A stretch of DNA of 64,000 nt from Dehalococcoidia bacterium (GTDB lineage: Bacteria > Chloroflexota > Dehalococcoidia > Plut-88900): contig OZ240215.1 of the NCBI GenBank assembly GCA_965197585.1, positions 288,001 through 352,000 on the forward strand, read 5' to 3'. The first letter of the stretch is position 1; each line of letters begins with the position of its first letter. This document shows, piece by piece, positions 19,749 to 30,327 of the stretch. The translations under genes and the position numbers were made by a program. Under the pieces are notes generated by a model, which saw only the letters and a list, made by a program, of their open reading frames with translations, had not been told where the DNA came from and made no database searches.

Positions 19749-19773
19749 CCCCGTATCAAGTACGGGGCAGGCT
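19749..19773. repeat. REP-like palindrome CCCCGTA-TCAAG-TACGGGG-CAGGCT
   Basis: Perfect 7-bp stem with 5-nt loop in a non-coding region. Confidence 0.45.
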
Positions 19774-20084
19774 CTGGGGCGAGCTGCGTTTTCTTCACCC
19801 CCGCTCCGTCTCCCGCGTCCGGCATCCGACCGTGGGCGGAGTGCGTCCAGCGTCAACCCATCACCACCGACTCCCGCCGTGGATGCCGCGCGGGTGTCAA
19901 CAACCGAAAGGAGGCGTCTATGCACGTCAACGAGGTCCATCGCCGCTGACGGCGGGGCCTCCGGCTCTCACCACACATCCCCATCCACAAGGGTCGTCTC
20001 GTTCGTTCGAGGCGGCCCTTCTTCTTTGCCCGCAGGCGGGCGCAGGCCAAAGGCAACACAACACAACAGAAGGAGGACGGACCG

Positions 20085-21212
20085 ATGACGACGGCAACAC
20101 AGACGACTGGCACTCGGACGACGGAGACGACGACGAGGACGGCGGAGAGCGAGCTGCGGGCGGCTGCGAGGCGGCGGGGGGTCACCATGAAGGAACTCGC
20201 GGCCATGATGGGCGTGAGTGCGGGCTACCTGTCGCAGTTTGCGAACGGGCGCAGGCCGTGGACGCCGAAGATGCGCCAGAAGGTTATGGCGGTCCTGGGA
20301 GAGGTTCCCGGCCAGGGGACCGTCTACCGACAGGGCGGCGTGGTGACCGGCGAGAGCAGCTTCATCCGGGAGCGCGCCCGCGAGATGGGATTGACCATGC
20401 GGGACCTGGCCGACCGCGCCGGGGTGTCCTACGGATACATGACCCACGTCGCCCGCGGCCACGGCAACATGGGCGTCAAGGTCCAGACCCGGATCGAGTC
20501 GGCGCTCAAGGCCCCGGCGAAGGTTGCCCCGGCGCAGTGCGCCAACCGCCCGGCGAGCGTGGTGAGCGGGCAGAGCAGCTACGTCCGGGAGCGCGCCCGC
20601 GCCCTGGGCATGACCATGCGGGAGCTGGCCGAGCGGGTCGGCGTGTCCGCCAGCTACATGTCAATGGTGTCCCGGGGCCGCAGCAACATGGGCGTGAGGG
20701 TCCAGGCGCTGGTCGAGGCGGCGCTGGAGGCCGAGGCGACGGTCGCGTCAGCGCAGCTTGCCTGCGTCGACGCGAAGGCCGTGTGGGACCGCATGGACGC
20801 TCACGGGTTCAGCCAGAACGAGGTCGCCCGGCGCGCCGGCATCAGCTCCTCGTACCTCTCCCTCATCATGAACGGCAAGTCCACTCCGTCGGCGGGCGTC
20901 CTGAAGAGGCTGCACGCCGTGCTGTTCAAGCACACGAAGTCGGAGGAGCAGGTCATGCCCGCCGAGGTGAAGGTGCTGGGCTGGCGGAAGGGCGAGCGGA
21001 GCGGCATGGTGGTGCACGGCGCGGGTGGGCCGGGGCGCAGCGGCAGGCTCGGCGGTCCCGCCGTCCGGGTCGGCGGCCGGGTGCCCTGGGGCGCGAAGGC
21101 GGAGTACGCCTACCGCGCCGGGTACGACGGCGCGGGCCGGGTGTCGATGACGCCCGTCCTGATGCCGGGCTACTCCGCCATGCTCAAGCAGCCGGAGCCG
21201 GCAGCGGCCTAG
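20085..21212 (+). CDS. Multi-HTH (four XRE-like domains) DNA-binding protein
   Basis: Repeated GxTMxELA..GVS..Y.S....G units, the fourth being GFSQNEVARRAGISSSYLS; AGGAGG RBS. Confidence 0.8.
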   Translation: MTTATQTTGTRTTETTTRTAESELRAAARRRGVTMKELAAMMGVSAGYLSQFANGRRPWTPKMRQKVMAVLGEVPGQGTVYRQGGVVTGESSFIRERAREMGLTMRDLADRAGVSYGYMTHVARGHGNMGVKVQTRIESALKAPAKVAPAQCANRPASVVSGQSSYVRERARALGMTMRELAERVGVSASYMSMVSRGRSNMGVRVQALVEAALEAEATVASAQLACVDAKAVWDRMDAHGFSQNEVARRAGISSSYLSLIMNGKSTPSAGVLKRLHAVLFKHTKSEEQVMPAEVKVLGWRKGERSGMVVHGAGGPGRSGRLGGPAVRVGGRVPWGAKAEYAYRAGYDGAGRVSMTPVLMPGYSAMLKQPEPAAA

Positions 21213-21219
21213 AGACCTA

Positions 21220-21256
21220 CGGGGGAAGGACACCGAATTGCGGTGTCCTTCCCCCG
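21220..21256. terminator. Hairpin between convergent genes
   Basis: CGGGGGAAGGACACCG / CGGTGTCCTTCCCCCG perfect stem. Confidence 0.7.
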
Positions 21257-21288
21257 GCACGCCAATGTATGCTGCCTTTTTTTGCGTT

Positions 21289-21687
21289 TCAGCCCCTGCG
21301 GTCGCGGCCGCCCCGCCGATGCGCCGCCTTTCGCTCTGGGCTCTTGCATCGCGGCGGCGCCGCCGGTCTGAGGACCCTGGCGGAACTGCGCTCGCCCCCG
21401 GCGGAGCCGGGCGTCCCATTCCCCGTTTCCCGCCGGATGCTCCAGTCGGTGAACAGATGGCCCAGGCCCAGGTCGTCGGCCAGGTCCAGCAGCGCCATCT
21501 GGTGCCGGAAATGGGGCCGCACCCCCTCCTTCCACCACCGCTTCACGGTGTGGGGATAGGTCCCGAGACGGCGGGCGATCTCCGCCCACGGCAGGTCCGA
21601 CTCCTCCTTGAAGCGCACCAGGCGCTGCGGGAAGTCGTCGGGGAAGACGTAGGTCCTTCTGCTGTGATGTGTCCGCTGTCTCGGCAT
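21289..21687 (-). CDS. XRE-family HTH protein (paralog of 62289..62534, C-terminally extended)
   Basis: FPDDFPQRLVRFKEESDLPWAEIARRLGTYPHTVKRW aligns by eye with the 62289 copy. Confidence 0.75.
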   Translation of the reverse strand: MPRQRTHHSRRTYVFPDDFPQRLVRFKEESDLPWAEIARRLGTYPHTVKRWWKEGVRPHFRHQMALLDLADDLGLGHLFTDWSIRRETGNGTPGSAGGERSSARVLRPAAPPRCKSPERKAAHRRGGRDRRG

Positions 21688-21852
21688 GGACGCCGGTCCT
21701 TCCGCAGGAACCCCATCGGGGTCCTTTCCGGCGGGAGCGCCCATGCCGTCCCGTATCCGGTCCGCGGGGCGGAACGAGAATCGCACGCTTCCGCCGCCTG
21801 TCTGCCCCCGATACCTGGGACAATCCGTTGCGAGCGGTACACTGCCCCGGCC

Positions 21853-24800
21853 CTAAGGCGTCGGGTTGACGTAGTTGGACCAGCCGCTCAGGCCCGCCGC
21901 ATTGATGGCCTTCACCCGGTACACGTGCTTGACCCCCGCGGTGACGCCGGTGTCGGTGAAGGTCGTCGCCGTGCTCTCGGTGTCCGCCACGTACACCAGC
22001 AGGGCGCTCTCGCCCTCACTGGGGCGACGCCGCAGGACCTGGTAGCCCGTGATCGAGTCGTCATTGGGGGCCGTCCAGCTCAGCACGATGTGCCCGTCCG
22101 CGTTGACCGTCGCCGTCAGGCTCGTGGGCGCGGGCGGAGGGCTTTCGGGCGTCTGCTGGTCGTCTCCGGCCTCTTCCTGCTCCTCTTCCTCCGGCCCGGG
22201 GAGGGTGACCTGCACCCCTCCGGACAGCGTTGTCCCGCCCTCCGTGCAGATTCCGCCCGAACCGCACGCCTGGCCGGTCACGAGGCTGAACACGATGTCG
22301 TCGGAGCCGTCGGGGTCCAGGAAGAAGATCCAGGCGTTCTCCAGCCCGTCCTCCTCGTGCTGTCTCACGCTCCTCACCGCGGCGCCGGTCAACGACAGCG
22401 AGGGCGTCGTCTTCTCGAACGATGCCACCGCCATGCTGAAGGTGACTATCACCTGGGGCCGGTCGTCTGCGCCATTGTGGCGAGCCGATTGGAACCGGCT
22501 GTCCGGCCGTGATGCCGTGAGCGGCACCGGCGCCGCCGTCACCTCGGCAGTCGCCGCGCTGGTCAGGGTCTCCTCGTTATCGGCGTCGTCGGTGAAGGTG
22601 ACCCGCACCTGGATGGTCTTTCCCTGCTCGCTGGCGGTCAGGGTGTAGGTGGAGCCGGTGGCCCCGCCGATGTCCGACCCCCCTGCGATCCACTGGTAGC
22701 TGTAGGAGACGCTAGTCAGTCCGTCCTGGTCGGCAATGTTCGACGTATCCACCGTAAGGGTCTCTTCCACCTGGGGCGTCCCGCCGATGGTGGGCTTGCC
22801 CGTGGCCTCTCGGTTGGGCGCCGCCGTAACGGCCACGGTAGCCGCACTGGTCAGGGTCTCCTCGTTATCGGCGTCGTCGGTGAAGGTCACCCGTACCTGG
22901 ATGGTCTGTCCCTGCTCGCTGGCGGTGAGCGTGTAAGTCGAGCCGGTGGCCCCCGCGATGTCCGACCCTCCGGCCAACCACTGGTAGCTGTAGGAAACGT
23001 TGGTCAGGCCGTCCTCGTCTGTGATCGAGGACGTGTCCGCGGTGAGGGTCTGCTCAACCTGGGGAGTGCCGCTGATCGTGGGCGCGCCTGCGGCTGACGT
23101 GTTGGTGGGCGGCGCCTCGGCGGGCCCCGTTACGGTCGCAGTGGGACTGTTGGTCAGCTGCCGCGGGCTGTCTTCCCTGGTGCAGATTGCTCCTGTGGTG
23201 GTGCAGGACCGGTTGGCGGGGAGGGTGATGCCAACGTCGCTATTGTCGTCGGGTTCGACGGTGATCTCCCAAAGGTCGTTGCGTCCGTCGACTCTGCGTG
23301 CCCCGGTGACGTCGCCTTCAGAGAGGCTGAAAGCATCGTCGCGCATGTTCACGTAGCTGACGCCGACATCTTCACTGAAGAGGACGCGGAAGGTGAAGGC
23401 TGTGGAGCCGTCGTGGCTGTCGGGCAGGCCCTGGAATGCGGCCGTGAGGAGCGCCTGAGCCGCCGCCGCCACCGCCTCAGTGGCCTCGCTGGTCAGGGAT
23501 TCCTGGTTGTCCGCATCGTCGGTGAAGCTCACCTGCACCTGGAAGGTGTAGCCCTCGTCCGTCGGGGCGAGTGTGTAGGTCGAGCTCGTCTCTCCCAGTA
23601 ATACAAGGATGACGCCCGACTTGCTGGCTAACCACTGGTATCTGAAGACGGCGTTCTCCAGCCCGTCCTCGTCGTCAATGGCCGACGTGTCCGCCGTCAG
23701 CGTCTGGCCCACCTGCGGCGTGCCCGTGATGGCGGGCAGGCCCGTCGGCTCGGAATTCGGCCTGGCCGCCACGATCACCGTACTGCGGCTGGTCAGGGAC
23801 TCGGTGGTACCGCGGTCGTCGGTGAAGGAGACCCTGACCGCGAAGGTCCGTCCCTTGTCGGCTGGGGCCAGTGTGTAGGTCGAGCCGGTCTCTCCCGGCA
23901 TTTCGACGTTGATGTAGTAGCTGGTCCCGGTGTTTGCGTCGACGACCGACTGGTTGTGGAGCCACTGGTACTCGAAGGTTGCGTTGGTCAGCCCGTCGGC
24001 GTCATCGATGGCCGACGTGTCCGCCGTCAGCGTCTCGCCGACCTGGGGCGTCCCCGTGACGGCCGGAAGGCCCGTCGGCTCGGTGTTCGGCGGGGGCGCC
24101 ACGGCCACCGTGGCCTCGCTGGTCAATGTCTGCTCGTAGTCGGCGTCGTCGGTGAAAGTCACCCTGACCTGGAAGGTGGAGCCCTCGTCATCTGGGATAA
24201 GCGTGTAGGTCTGGCCCGTCTCTCCCGGTATTTCAATGCTGAGGATGTTGCTGGTTCCGGTTACGTCGTCGATGACCGTCTGGCTGGAAATCCACTGGTA
24301 GCGGTAGGCCACGCTGGTCAGCCCGTCGGGGTCGTCAATCGCCGAGGTGTCCGCCGTGAGCGTCTCGCCGACCCGGGGCGTGCCGTTGACGGAGGGAAGG
24401 CCCGTGGGCTCGGAATTCGGGGCGGCGGCCGCCACCGCCTCCGTGGCCGGGCTGGTCAGCGTCTCGCTGTACCCGCGGTCGTCGGTGAAGGAGACCTCCA
24501 CGTGGAAGGTGTGGCCCTCGTCCGCCGGGACAAGCTTGTAGGTCGAGTCCGTCTCTCCCGCATATTCATACGTGGTGGACGACTTCGTGGCGAACCACTG
24601 GTACCTGAAGACGGCGTTCTCCATCCCGTCGGCGTCCTCGATGGCCGAGGCGTCCACGGTCAGCGTCCGGCGCACCTGGGGCGTCCCGCCGATGGTGGGC
24701 TCCCCGGTTGCCAAGGTGTTTGGCGGGGGCGCCACCGCCTCCGTCGGCGCGCTGGTGCGGCTCTCCTGGTTGTGCGCATCGTCGGTGAAGGAGACCTTGA

Positions 24801-27800
24801 TCTTTATGGTCTTGCCTTCGTCCGCGAGACCCAGGGTGTACGTGGAGTCCGTCTGGTCCGCTATCTTGGAGTTATTCCGGATCCACTGGTACAGGTAGGT
24901 GTAGGACGCGTGGGTCAACCCGTCGGCGTCGGAGATACCCGACGTGTCAACGGTCAGGGTCTGGCCCACCTGGGGCGTCCCGCCGATGGTGGGACTGCCG
25001 GTGGCCCTGGTGTTGGCCGGGGTGGTCCTCACGTTGTAGGTGTCGCGCAGGATCAGCCATGCGGCGGCGGATGCGCCGTAGTCGTCGCCCGTGGCGACGT
25101 GCCGGAGGAGCACCCAGCGGTCGACGTAGTTGGCGTCCTCCGTGCTGGTGATCGTCACCGTCTGGGGCGTGTTCCAGTTGTCTGCGGTGAAGGTCAGGCT
25201 GGCGGGACTCACCGTCGCCCGGCCCGTCGGACGTTGGCCGATGGCCACGGTGACGTCGTCCGCCGGCTGGGACGCCAGCGCCACGGTGTATGTGCCGCTC
25301 TCGCCTTCATCGATCTTAAGGTCGGTCCGGCTCAGGGCCAGCCCCCCGTCGGGGCGGTCCACGTCGGCAAGGGTGGACCCGTTGGTCGCCGGCTGCCCGG
25401 TGAACGTGAGCAGATTATTGCCATATAGGTCCTCTAAGATGGACTCACCCGTCTCGACGAAGAGGTTGTCGTAGGACACGGCCACCGTCTGCCCCTGGGT
25501 GACCGGCTCCGCCATCGTCAAGGTGACCGTGTCTCCGGACACCGCGGCGTCGCTGCGCGCCGCCACTTCCCCGTCCACCCGGACGTCCAGCGCCAGGCTC
25601 TGGAGGAGGCTGGTCTGCACGCCGAAGGCTCTCAGGATGGCCGGGGACTTGATGCTCTCGTTGAAGGTGACCGCCACCTGCGCGCCGTCGGTCGAGACCT
25701 GGGCGCTGGCGAACTCGGGGCTGACCGCGTCCACCCGGTGGGCGGTGCTGCCGAGCCCAATGTGGTCCAGCACGGCGTCCCGACCCTCGGAGTCCCGTAT
25801 CCAGCTGTCCCGTACCCAGTTCTTGGTCCCGGTCTGGGTCTCGGTGACCTTTACATCCAACCTCAGGCTGCTGGGCGGGAGCAGCAGCGCGAAGGTTTCT
25901 TCGTCGCCCGGCACCACCGTGTATTCGAGGATGACCTTGTTGCCGTCGGTCCTCGCGTAGTGGGCCGTCCTGGTCTGGCCGCCCAGCTCCAGGTCCACCT
26001 CGGCGGCGTGCTTCTTTGAACTGTTGTAACTGACCGTCACGTCGTCGCTGAAGGCGACGGTCACCTGGATGGTGTCGCCAAGGCCGTAGACCCGGTCGGT
26101 GCCCGGGTTGGAGGTGAAATCGACGGACGTAACGGTGGTCGGAACGTATTGCCTCTGGCGAGTATCTCCGTCACCGCCTTCCCCGCCGGCCCTCGCCGTG
26201 GCGGGCTGTGGCGGGGCCAGCATGTGCGCGCTCATGGCGGCGTGGTTTGCCAGGTCCAGGTGTTTTCGTTGAAATTCCTTGTACGTGCGCTCCCATGTGA
26301 AGGTGACGTCGCGGCCTGATTGGGAGCGCGCGATGCCGTTGGCCGCTCTGAGCGGGAGCGTGTAGGTGGCTTCGCCCTTTCCTTTGCCGTCAACGTTGTA
26401 GATCCACCTGAGGAACAGCGTGTGGAAATCGTCGAACTGCCCTTCCCAATAGCCCTGCCAGGCCCGGGCGGCGGCCCCGGAGCCGTGGGTTCTGAATGTG
26501 GCCGTGATCCAGACCGGGTCCGTGTCTCCGGTCTTATCGGTCGTTACGTTCAGACGCCGCAGCTCCCACCCGTCTGCTGGGCCGAACTTGTCGGGTTCGT
26601 GGTCGTAGCTAAAGTGGGTCTTCCCGTAGACGATGTTGCCGTTATCATCTACTGAGGTGTATCTTCTTGATTTGAATTTCACCTCGCCTGCCCGCTCCTC
26701 TTCCCCAGCGGTCTGGCCAACCCGGTTCTGCACCTCGTCGTTGCGGATGGAGACCAATACCTGGTCCCCGGCGCTCCAGCCCGGAGCGTGGGTAAATTGC
26801 CATACCCACGGAGTAGTAGCATGCGCAAGCTGCGCGTCCGCGAAGGGCAGCTCCACACCACCGCCAAGCGTCAGCGTCCATCCGGCAACCTCGTCAGCGC
26901 TGGGGTAGGCATTTCGATCAAATGATATTTGCGTTTGGGTGGTAATGTCAGAGATCTGCTCAATCTCATACCCGATCCAGGGGTACCGGGGCTGGCCTGG
27001 AGTCCCGATTGTTACAGTTTCATCCCGCCCGGTCACGATCAGGTTGTTGGTTAAATCGCCGGCATGGCTCGCAGTAGCACGGTTGTATCCGACAAAAGCA
27101 GTGCTTCCTATTGTGTCCGTCGTCATCAGCGCCGTCCAGATGGTCCGGTAGCCGTAAGCGTTCGGCAGTGGGGGGCCGACGAGTTTCACTGAGACGGAGT
27201 CGTCCTCCGCCCAGGTCAGCCCGTGGTTGCTCCATGAGGAACGGGTGACGTTCCTGAAGAGGTCTATGCTTTGGTTGGCCTCGCTGAGGAGGAATCTCTG
27301 CCCACCGAGTTCCAGTGCGAGGTCTGGCTCGAATGTGGTTGGGAATAGCGGGGCAATTGTGAAGTTGAGGGAATCGATTGTGAGCGAGCCGGTGTCAATC
27401 TGTGCCCTGGCGAGGTTGACTACCGAGTACCTTGTTCCACGGTAAGTAAATTCGTTTGACCCAAGAGTTCCCGTGTCGGGATTGAAGCCGATTATTGTTA
27501 CGGTATTTCCCGAAACGGTCACTTGGGACCTACCCACCGTCATGGTCGTTGACAGGAAGGAGCGATCCCCGCCGGCGATGGTGTCGTACGTTGGGCAGTG
27601 TTCGGCCGGCGGGGCGGAGCACGTGACGGTGTAGCCGTCGCCGAACGTGAAGGGCACGAAGGGGCCCTCCGTCTCCGGCTCCGTGTCGTCGGTCGCAAAG
27701 GGCGACTTCGTGTTGGTCTCGGTGTACACCGCGATCTCCAGCGAGTTGCCTGTGATGATGTCATTCGTGTGCGGGGACAGGCTATCCAGGTCGGCTCCCA

Positions 27801-30327
27801 GGTAGAACACGTCCCCGATGCTGGAGCCCGTAGCCGCGCCCGAGTCCTCGCCGTTGCTCGCGGTCCGCTGCAATCGGTGGGTCGTGCCTCTCACGTATCT
27901 CCAGACCATCACGTAGTTGGTTTCCGGCGCCAGGTGCGTTCCCGGCGGCGCCTCAAAGAAGTTGTGGCCCGGCGCGAAATCGGTGGGGCTGACCAGGTCG
28001 AACAGCTTCCTGCCCGGCCGGGAACGGGCGTCCTCGTGCACGGCCACCGACACGGAGGCCGGATTGTCGGGATAGTCGCCGTGGCCGCCTTCGATGTTGA
28101 CGCCGATGCCCTGCAGGCGGTAGCCGAAATCGTTGGAGCCGGTCGTGAACTCCTGCGACACCACCCTGTTGGTGGCGCCGACGGAGACGGAGCCGTTGTC
28201 GGTCTGCCCAAGGTTCTGCACCATCGCGTTGAGTGGCTCGCCGAGCACGGCCATGTACGGATAGTTCAGAGCTACATCCCCCTTTGCGCCGGTGAAGCTC
28301 ACGCCCGCCGCCGCCGGGTCGTCAACGCCATCGACAAAGGCGCCTGCAACGCGTTCTAAGGTGGCCTCTCGTCTCCGTGTCCTTTCGGGGCCAGTATCTT
28401 GGCCAACAGGATGGTCGAAGACGTATTCCTGGCCGCCTGAGGCTCCTGTCACGGTTGCGCCTTGCGGGGCCGTCCATACCGGCAGGCCGGGCGCCTTACG
28501 TGTATTGGTCAGGCTGAACTGCTTGGTCCCCGTCCGGGAACCCGAGCGCAGGTCGAAGGGGTTGGTAAATCCGCTGCCGCTTGGGTTTGTGTCGTCCATG
28601 TTGAAAGAAACACCGCGGATGAGGTAGCGGTCCGCTGCTCCGAGTTCGATCCCGAAACCAATTTCGTCGCCGACCGATATGATCTCTTGAGGAGGACCCG
28701 CGACGTCGTCAGAAGTGTCTTCAGTGCCCTTATCATTGATGGGGCTTTGCGTGTAGTTTGAAGCCAGGATGCCGCGAACTCGCTTCGAGCCCTCGACGGC
28801 CAGGCGCAGCACGTTGGCGCGGTCGTCGGAAATCACCCAGTGTCCAGTGTCGCTCAACGCCCGGACGGCCGCGTCGTCGTAGATGACGGCCCCCGTCTCG
28901 CCGCCCGCATCCTCGTTGTTTGAGGTCGTCTCCTTGATCGACAGCGTGGAGCCGAAACCCGACAGCACGACGAAATAGTTGACGTTCGGGTACGCGAACG
29001 CGCCCGCCGGGGCCATGAACTTGTTCAGGCCGGCCGTGAAGGAGCGCGGGTTCTCAAAGTCGAATAGCTTGTACGCGCTATTGGGTTGAAAGCCCCCTTC
29101 AACGCCGCCGCTCCACAGGGAGACGGTCAGGCGGGACGGGGCCGCGGCGAGGTCGATGGAGACGCTGGAGATTTCGTAGCCCTGGCCGTGATCCCCCAGC
29201 CTGAAGCCCAGGGCGTACCGCTTGGTGATGTTCGCCGTGGTCGACGACTGGCCCGTGTTGCTGACCAGCGTCGACGCGGGCAGCGGGTCCGGTTCGACGA
29301 TCGGGCCGAAGGGCAGGCTGTTCACGGTCTCCGAGAAGTTGCCCCTGTCCGTGTACGAGACTCTCACCATGATCCGCTTGCCGACATCGGCGGCGACAGG
29401 CTGGTAACTGGCCGAGTTGCCGCCCACGTTGGTCCTGGTGTTGCCGTCGACCCGGACCCACTGGTAGGTCCAGGTGAAGAAGACCCAAGTATTGCTCGTG
29501 TCAATGGGGAGCCCGTTAGCGTCGGCGATGTTCTCAGTGTCGGCGAACAGGATGCCGGCGCCCTCCGCGGAAGCCAGGACCACCGGCCGGCCGGTGGCGC
29601 GAGTGTTCGCCGTCGTTTCATAGCCATTGACGGTGATCTGGATGGCCTCGTTGCTCCCGCTCTTGTGCTCCCAGTCGCCGCTGACCTTGACATCGTACTT
29701 GTTCTTGATGCTCCACCCCGTTAGGCCGGTGGAATCCTCTCTTCCGGAGGTGGTCGAGTCGAGCGTGACGTACTGGGAGCCGATCTGCTTGATTACTACG
29801 GTGTAGTCGGTGTTCGCCTCGAGGAAAAGGCCGGGGTGCGTGAACTTCAGGTTCCCGGCCGTGAAGCTCCCCGGCCGCGTAAGGGCCGTGCAGCGCGAGG
29901 TTGGAAACCCGCTGGAAGACACCTCGCAGATGTCGACATCGAAGTCGTCGCCCTGGGTGTCCTCTGAGACCACGATCACGCTGGTCAGCGTGTAGCCGTG
30001 CGTGGCGCCGGCCGTGTGGAAGAGCTGCGCATGGGCGTTGCCGCTGGTGCTGACGCTATCATCGGCGCCTCGCCCGACGTTGCTCACGAGGATGCGCGTC
30101 GTGGTTTGCGCCTCCGTAGGCGCTGACCAGAGGAGCACGCCGCCCAGCGCCAGCAGGGCGATGAGCAGCAGCGTGAGCGGCGCAAAGCGACGGGGGGTGG
30201 TGAGGACTAGGGGAGAGGAAGGGAGGGACTTACCGGACGGGGAGAACCGGCTGGACGTGAGCCGCCGGGTCGTGCGCAGAAGAGACGCCAGCAGTGGAAG
30301 CGCCGTAAGACGCCGGTAGGCGGTCAT
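21853..30327 (-). CDS. Giant secreted surface protein/adhesin (2824 aa)
   Basis: Signal peptide ..LLWSAPTEAQ; three LVSNxG/MVQNLG-type domains; seven tandem TGxPxIxGTPQVxxTLTxDTS..D.DGL Ig-like repeats; SwmB-like segment; C-terminal fibronectin type III. Confidence 0.9.
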   Translation of the reverse strand: MTAYRRLTALPLLASLLRTTRRLTSSRFSPSGKSLPSSPLVLTTPRRFAPLTLLLIALLALGGVLLWSAPTEAQTTTRILVSNVGRGADDSVSTSGNAHAQLFHTAGATHGYTLTSVIVVSEDTQGDDFDVDICEVSSSGFPTSRCTALTRPGSFTAGNLKFTHPGLFLEANTDYTVVIKQIGSQYVTLDSTTSGREDSTGLTGWSIKNKYDVKVSGDWEHKSGSNEAIQITVNGYETTANTRATGRPVVLASAEGAGILFADTENIADANGLPIDTSNTWVFFTWTYQWVRVDGNTRTNVGGNSASYQPVAADVGKRIMVRVSYTDRGNFSETVNSLPFGPIVEPDPLPASTLVSNTGQSSTTANITKRYALGFRLGDHGQGYEISSVSIDLAAAPSRLTVSLWSGGVEGGFQPNSAYKLFDFENPRSFTAGLNKFMAPAGAFAYPNVNYFVVLSGFGSTLSIKETTSNNEDAGGETGAVIYDDAAVRALSDTGHWVISDDRANVLRLAVEGSKRVRGILASNYTQSPINDKGTEDTSDDVAGPPQEIISVGDEIGFGIELGAADRYLIRGVSFNMDDTNPSGSGFTNPFDLRSGSRTGTKQFSLTNTRKAPGLPVWTAPQGATVTGASGGQEYVFDHPVGQDTGPERTRRREATLERVAGAFVDGVDDPAAAGVSFTGAKGDVALNYPYMAVLGEPLNAMVQNLGQTDNGSVSVGATNRVVSQEFTTGSNDFGYRLQGIGVNIEGGHGDYPDNPASVSVAVHEDARSRPGRKLFDLVSPTDFAPGHNFFEAPPGTHLAPETNYVMVWRYVRGTTHRLQRTASNGEDSGAATGSSIGDVFYLGADLDSLSPHTNDIITGNSLEIAVYTETNTKSPFATDDTEPETEGPFVPFTFGDGYTVTCSAPPAEHCPTYDTIAGGDRSFLSTTMTVGRSQVTVSGNTVTIIGFNPDTGTLGSNEFTYRGTRYSVVNLARAQIDTGSLTIDSLNFTIAPLFPTTFEPDLALELGGQRFLLSEANQSIDLFRNVTRSSWSNHGLTWAEDDSVSVKLVGPPLPNAYGYRTIWTALMTTDTIGSTAFVGYNRATASHAGDLTNNLIVTGRDETVTIGTPGQPRYPWIGYEIEQISDITTQTQISFDRNAYPSADEVAGWTLTLGGGVELPFADAQLAHATTPWVWQFTHAPGWSAGDQVLVSIRNDEVQNRVGQTAGEEERAGEVKFKSRRYTSVDDNGNIVYGKTHFSYDHEPDKFGPADGWELRRLNVTTDKTGDTDPVWITATFRTHGSGAAARAWQGYWEGQFDDFHTLFLRWIYNVDGKGKGEATYTLPLRAANGIARSQSGRDVTFTWERTYKEFQRKHLDLANHAAMSAHMLAPPQPATARAGGEGGDGDTRQRQYVPTTVTSVDFTSNPGTDRVYGLGDTIQVTVAFSDDVTVSYNSSKKHAAEVDLELGGQTRTAHYARTDGNKVILEYTVVPGDEETFALLLPPSSLRLDVKVTETQTGTKNWVRDSWIRDSEGRDAVLDHIGLGSTAHRVDAVSPEFASAQVSTDGAQVAVTFNESIKSPAILRAFGVQTSLLQSLALDVRVDGEVAARSDAAVSGDTVTLTMAEPVTQGQTVAVSYDNLFVETGESILEDLYGNNLLTFTGQPATNGSTLADVDRPDGGLALSRTDLKIDEGESGTYTVALASQPADDVTVAIGQRPTGRATVSPASLTFTADNWNTPQTVTITSTEDANYVDRWVLLRHVATGDDYGASAAAWLILRDTYNVRTTPANTRATGSPTIGGTPQVGQTLTVDTSGISDADGLTHASYTYLYQWIRNNSKIADQTDSTYTLGLADEGKTIKIKVSFTDDAHNQESRTSAPTEAVAPPPNTLATGEPTIGGTPQVRRTLTVDASAIEDADGMENAVFRYQWFATKSSTTYEYAGETDSTYKLVPADEGHTFHVEVSFTDDRGYSETLTSPATEAVAAAAPNSEPTGLPSVNGTPRVGETLTADTSAIDDPDGLTSVAYRYQWISSQTVIDDVTGTSNILSIEIPGETGQTYTLIPDDEGSTFQVRVTFTDDADYEQTLTSEATVAVAPPPNTEPTGLPAVTGTPQVGETLTADTSAIDDADGLTNATFEYQWLHNQSVVDANTGTSYYINVEMPGETGSTYTLAPADKGRTFAVRVSFTDDRGTTESLTSRSTVIVAARPNSEPTGLPAITGTPQVGQTLTADTSAIDDEDGLENAVFRYQWLASKSGVILVLLGETSSTYTLAPTDEGYTFQVQVSFTDDADNQESLTSEATEAVAAAAQALLTAAFQGLPDSHDGSTAFTFRVLFSEDVGVSYVNMRDDAFSLSEGDVTGARRVDGRNDLWEITVEPDDNSDVGITLPANRSCTTTGAICTREDSPRQLTNSPTATVTGPAEAPPTNTSAAGAPTISGTPQVEQTLTADTSSITDEDGLTNVSYSYQWLAGGSDIAGATGSTYTLTASEQGQTIQVRVTFTDDADNEETLTSAATVAVTAAPNREATGKPTIGGTPQVEETLTVDTSNIADQDGLTSVSYSYQWIAGGSDIGGATGSTYTLTASEQGKTIQVRVTFTDDADNEETLTSAATAEVTAAPVPLTASRPDSRFQSARHNGADDRPQVIVTFSMAVASFEKTTPSLSLTGAAVRSVRQHEEDGLENAWIFFLDPDGSDDIVFSLVTGQACGSGGICTEGGTTLSGGVQVTLPGPEEEEQEEAGDDQQTPESPPPAPTSLTATVNADGHIVLSWTAPNDDSITGYQVLRRRPSEGESALLVYVADTESTATTFTDTGVTAGVKHVYRVKAINAAGLSGWSNYVNPTP

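Noticed and set aside
13433-30319. Many long alternative-frame and antisense ORFs (e.g. 13897..15675, 19832..21559, 23956..25428)
   Set aside because: Shadow ORFs of GC-rich genes, Arg/Gly/Pro-rich and without motifs, overlapping better-supported CDSs.
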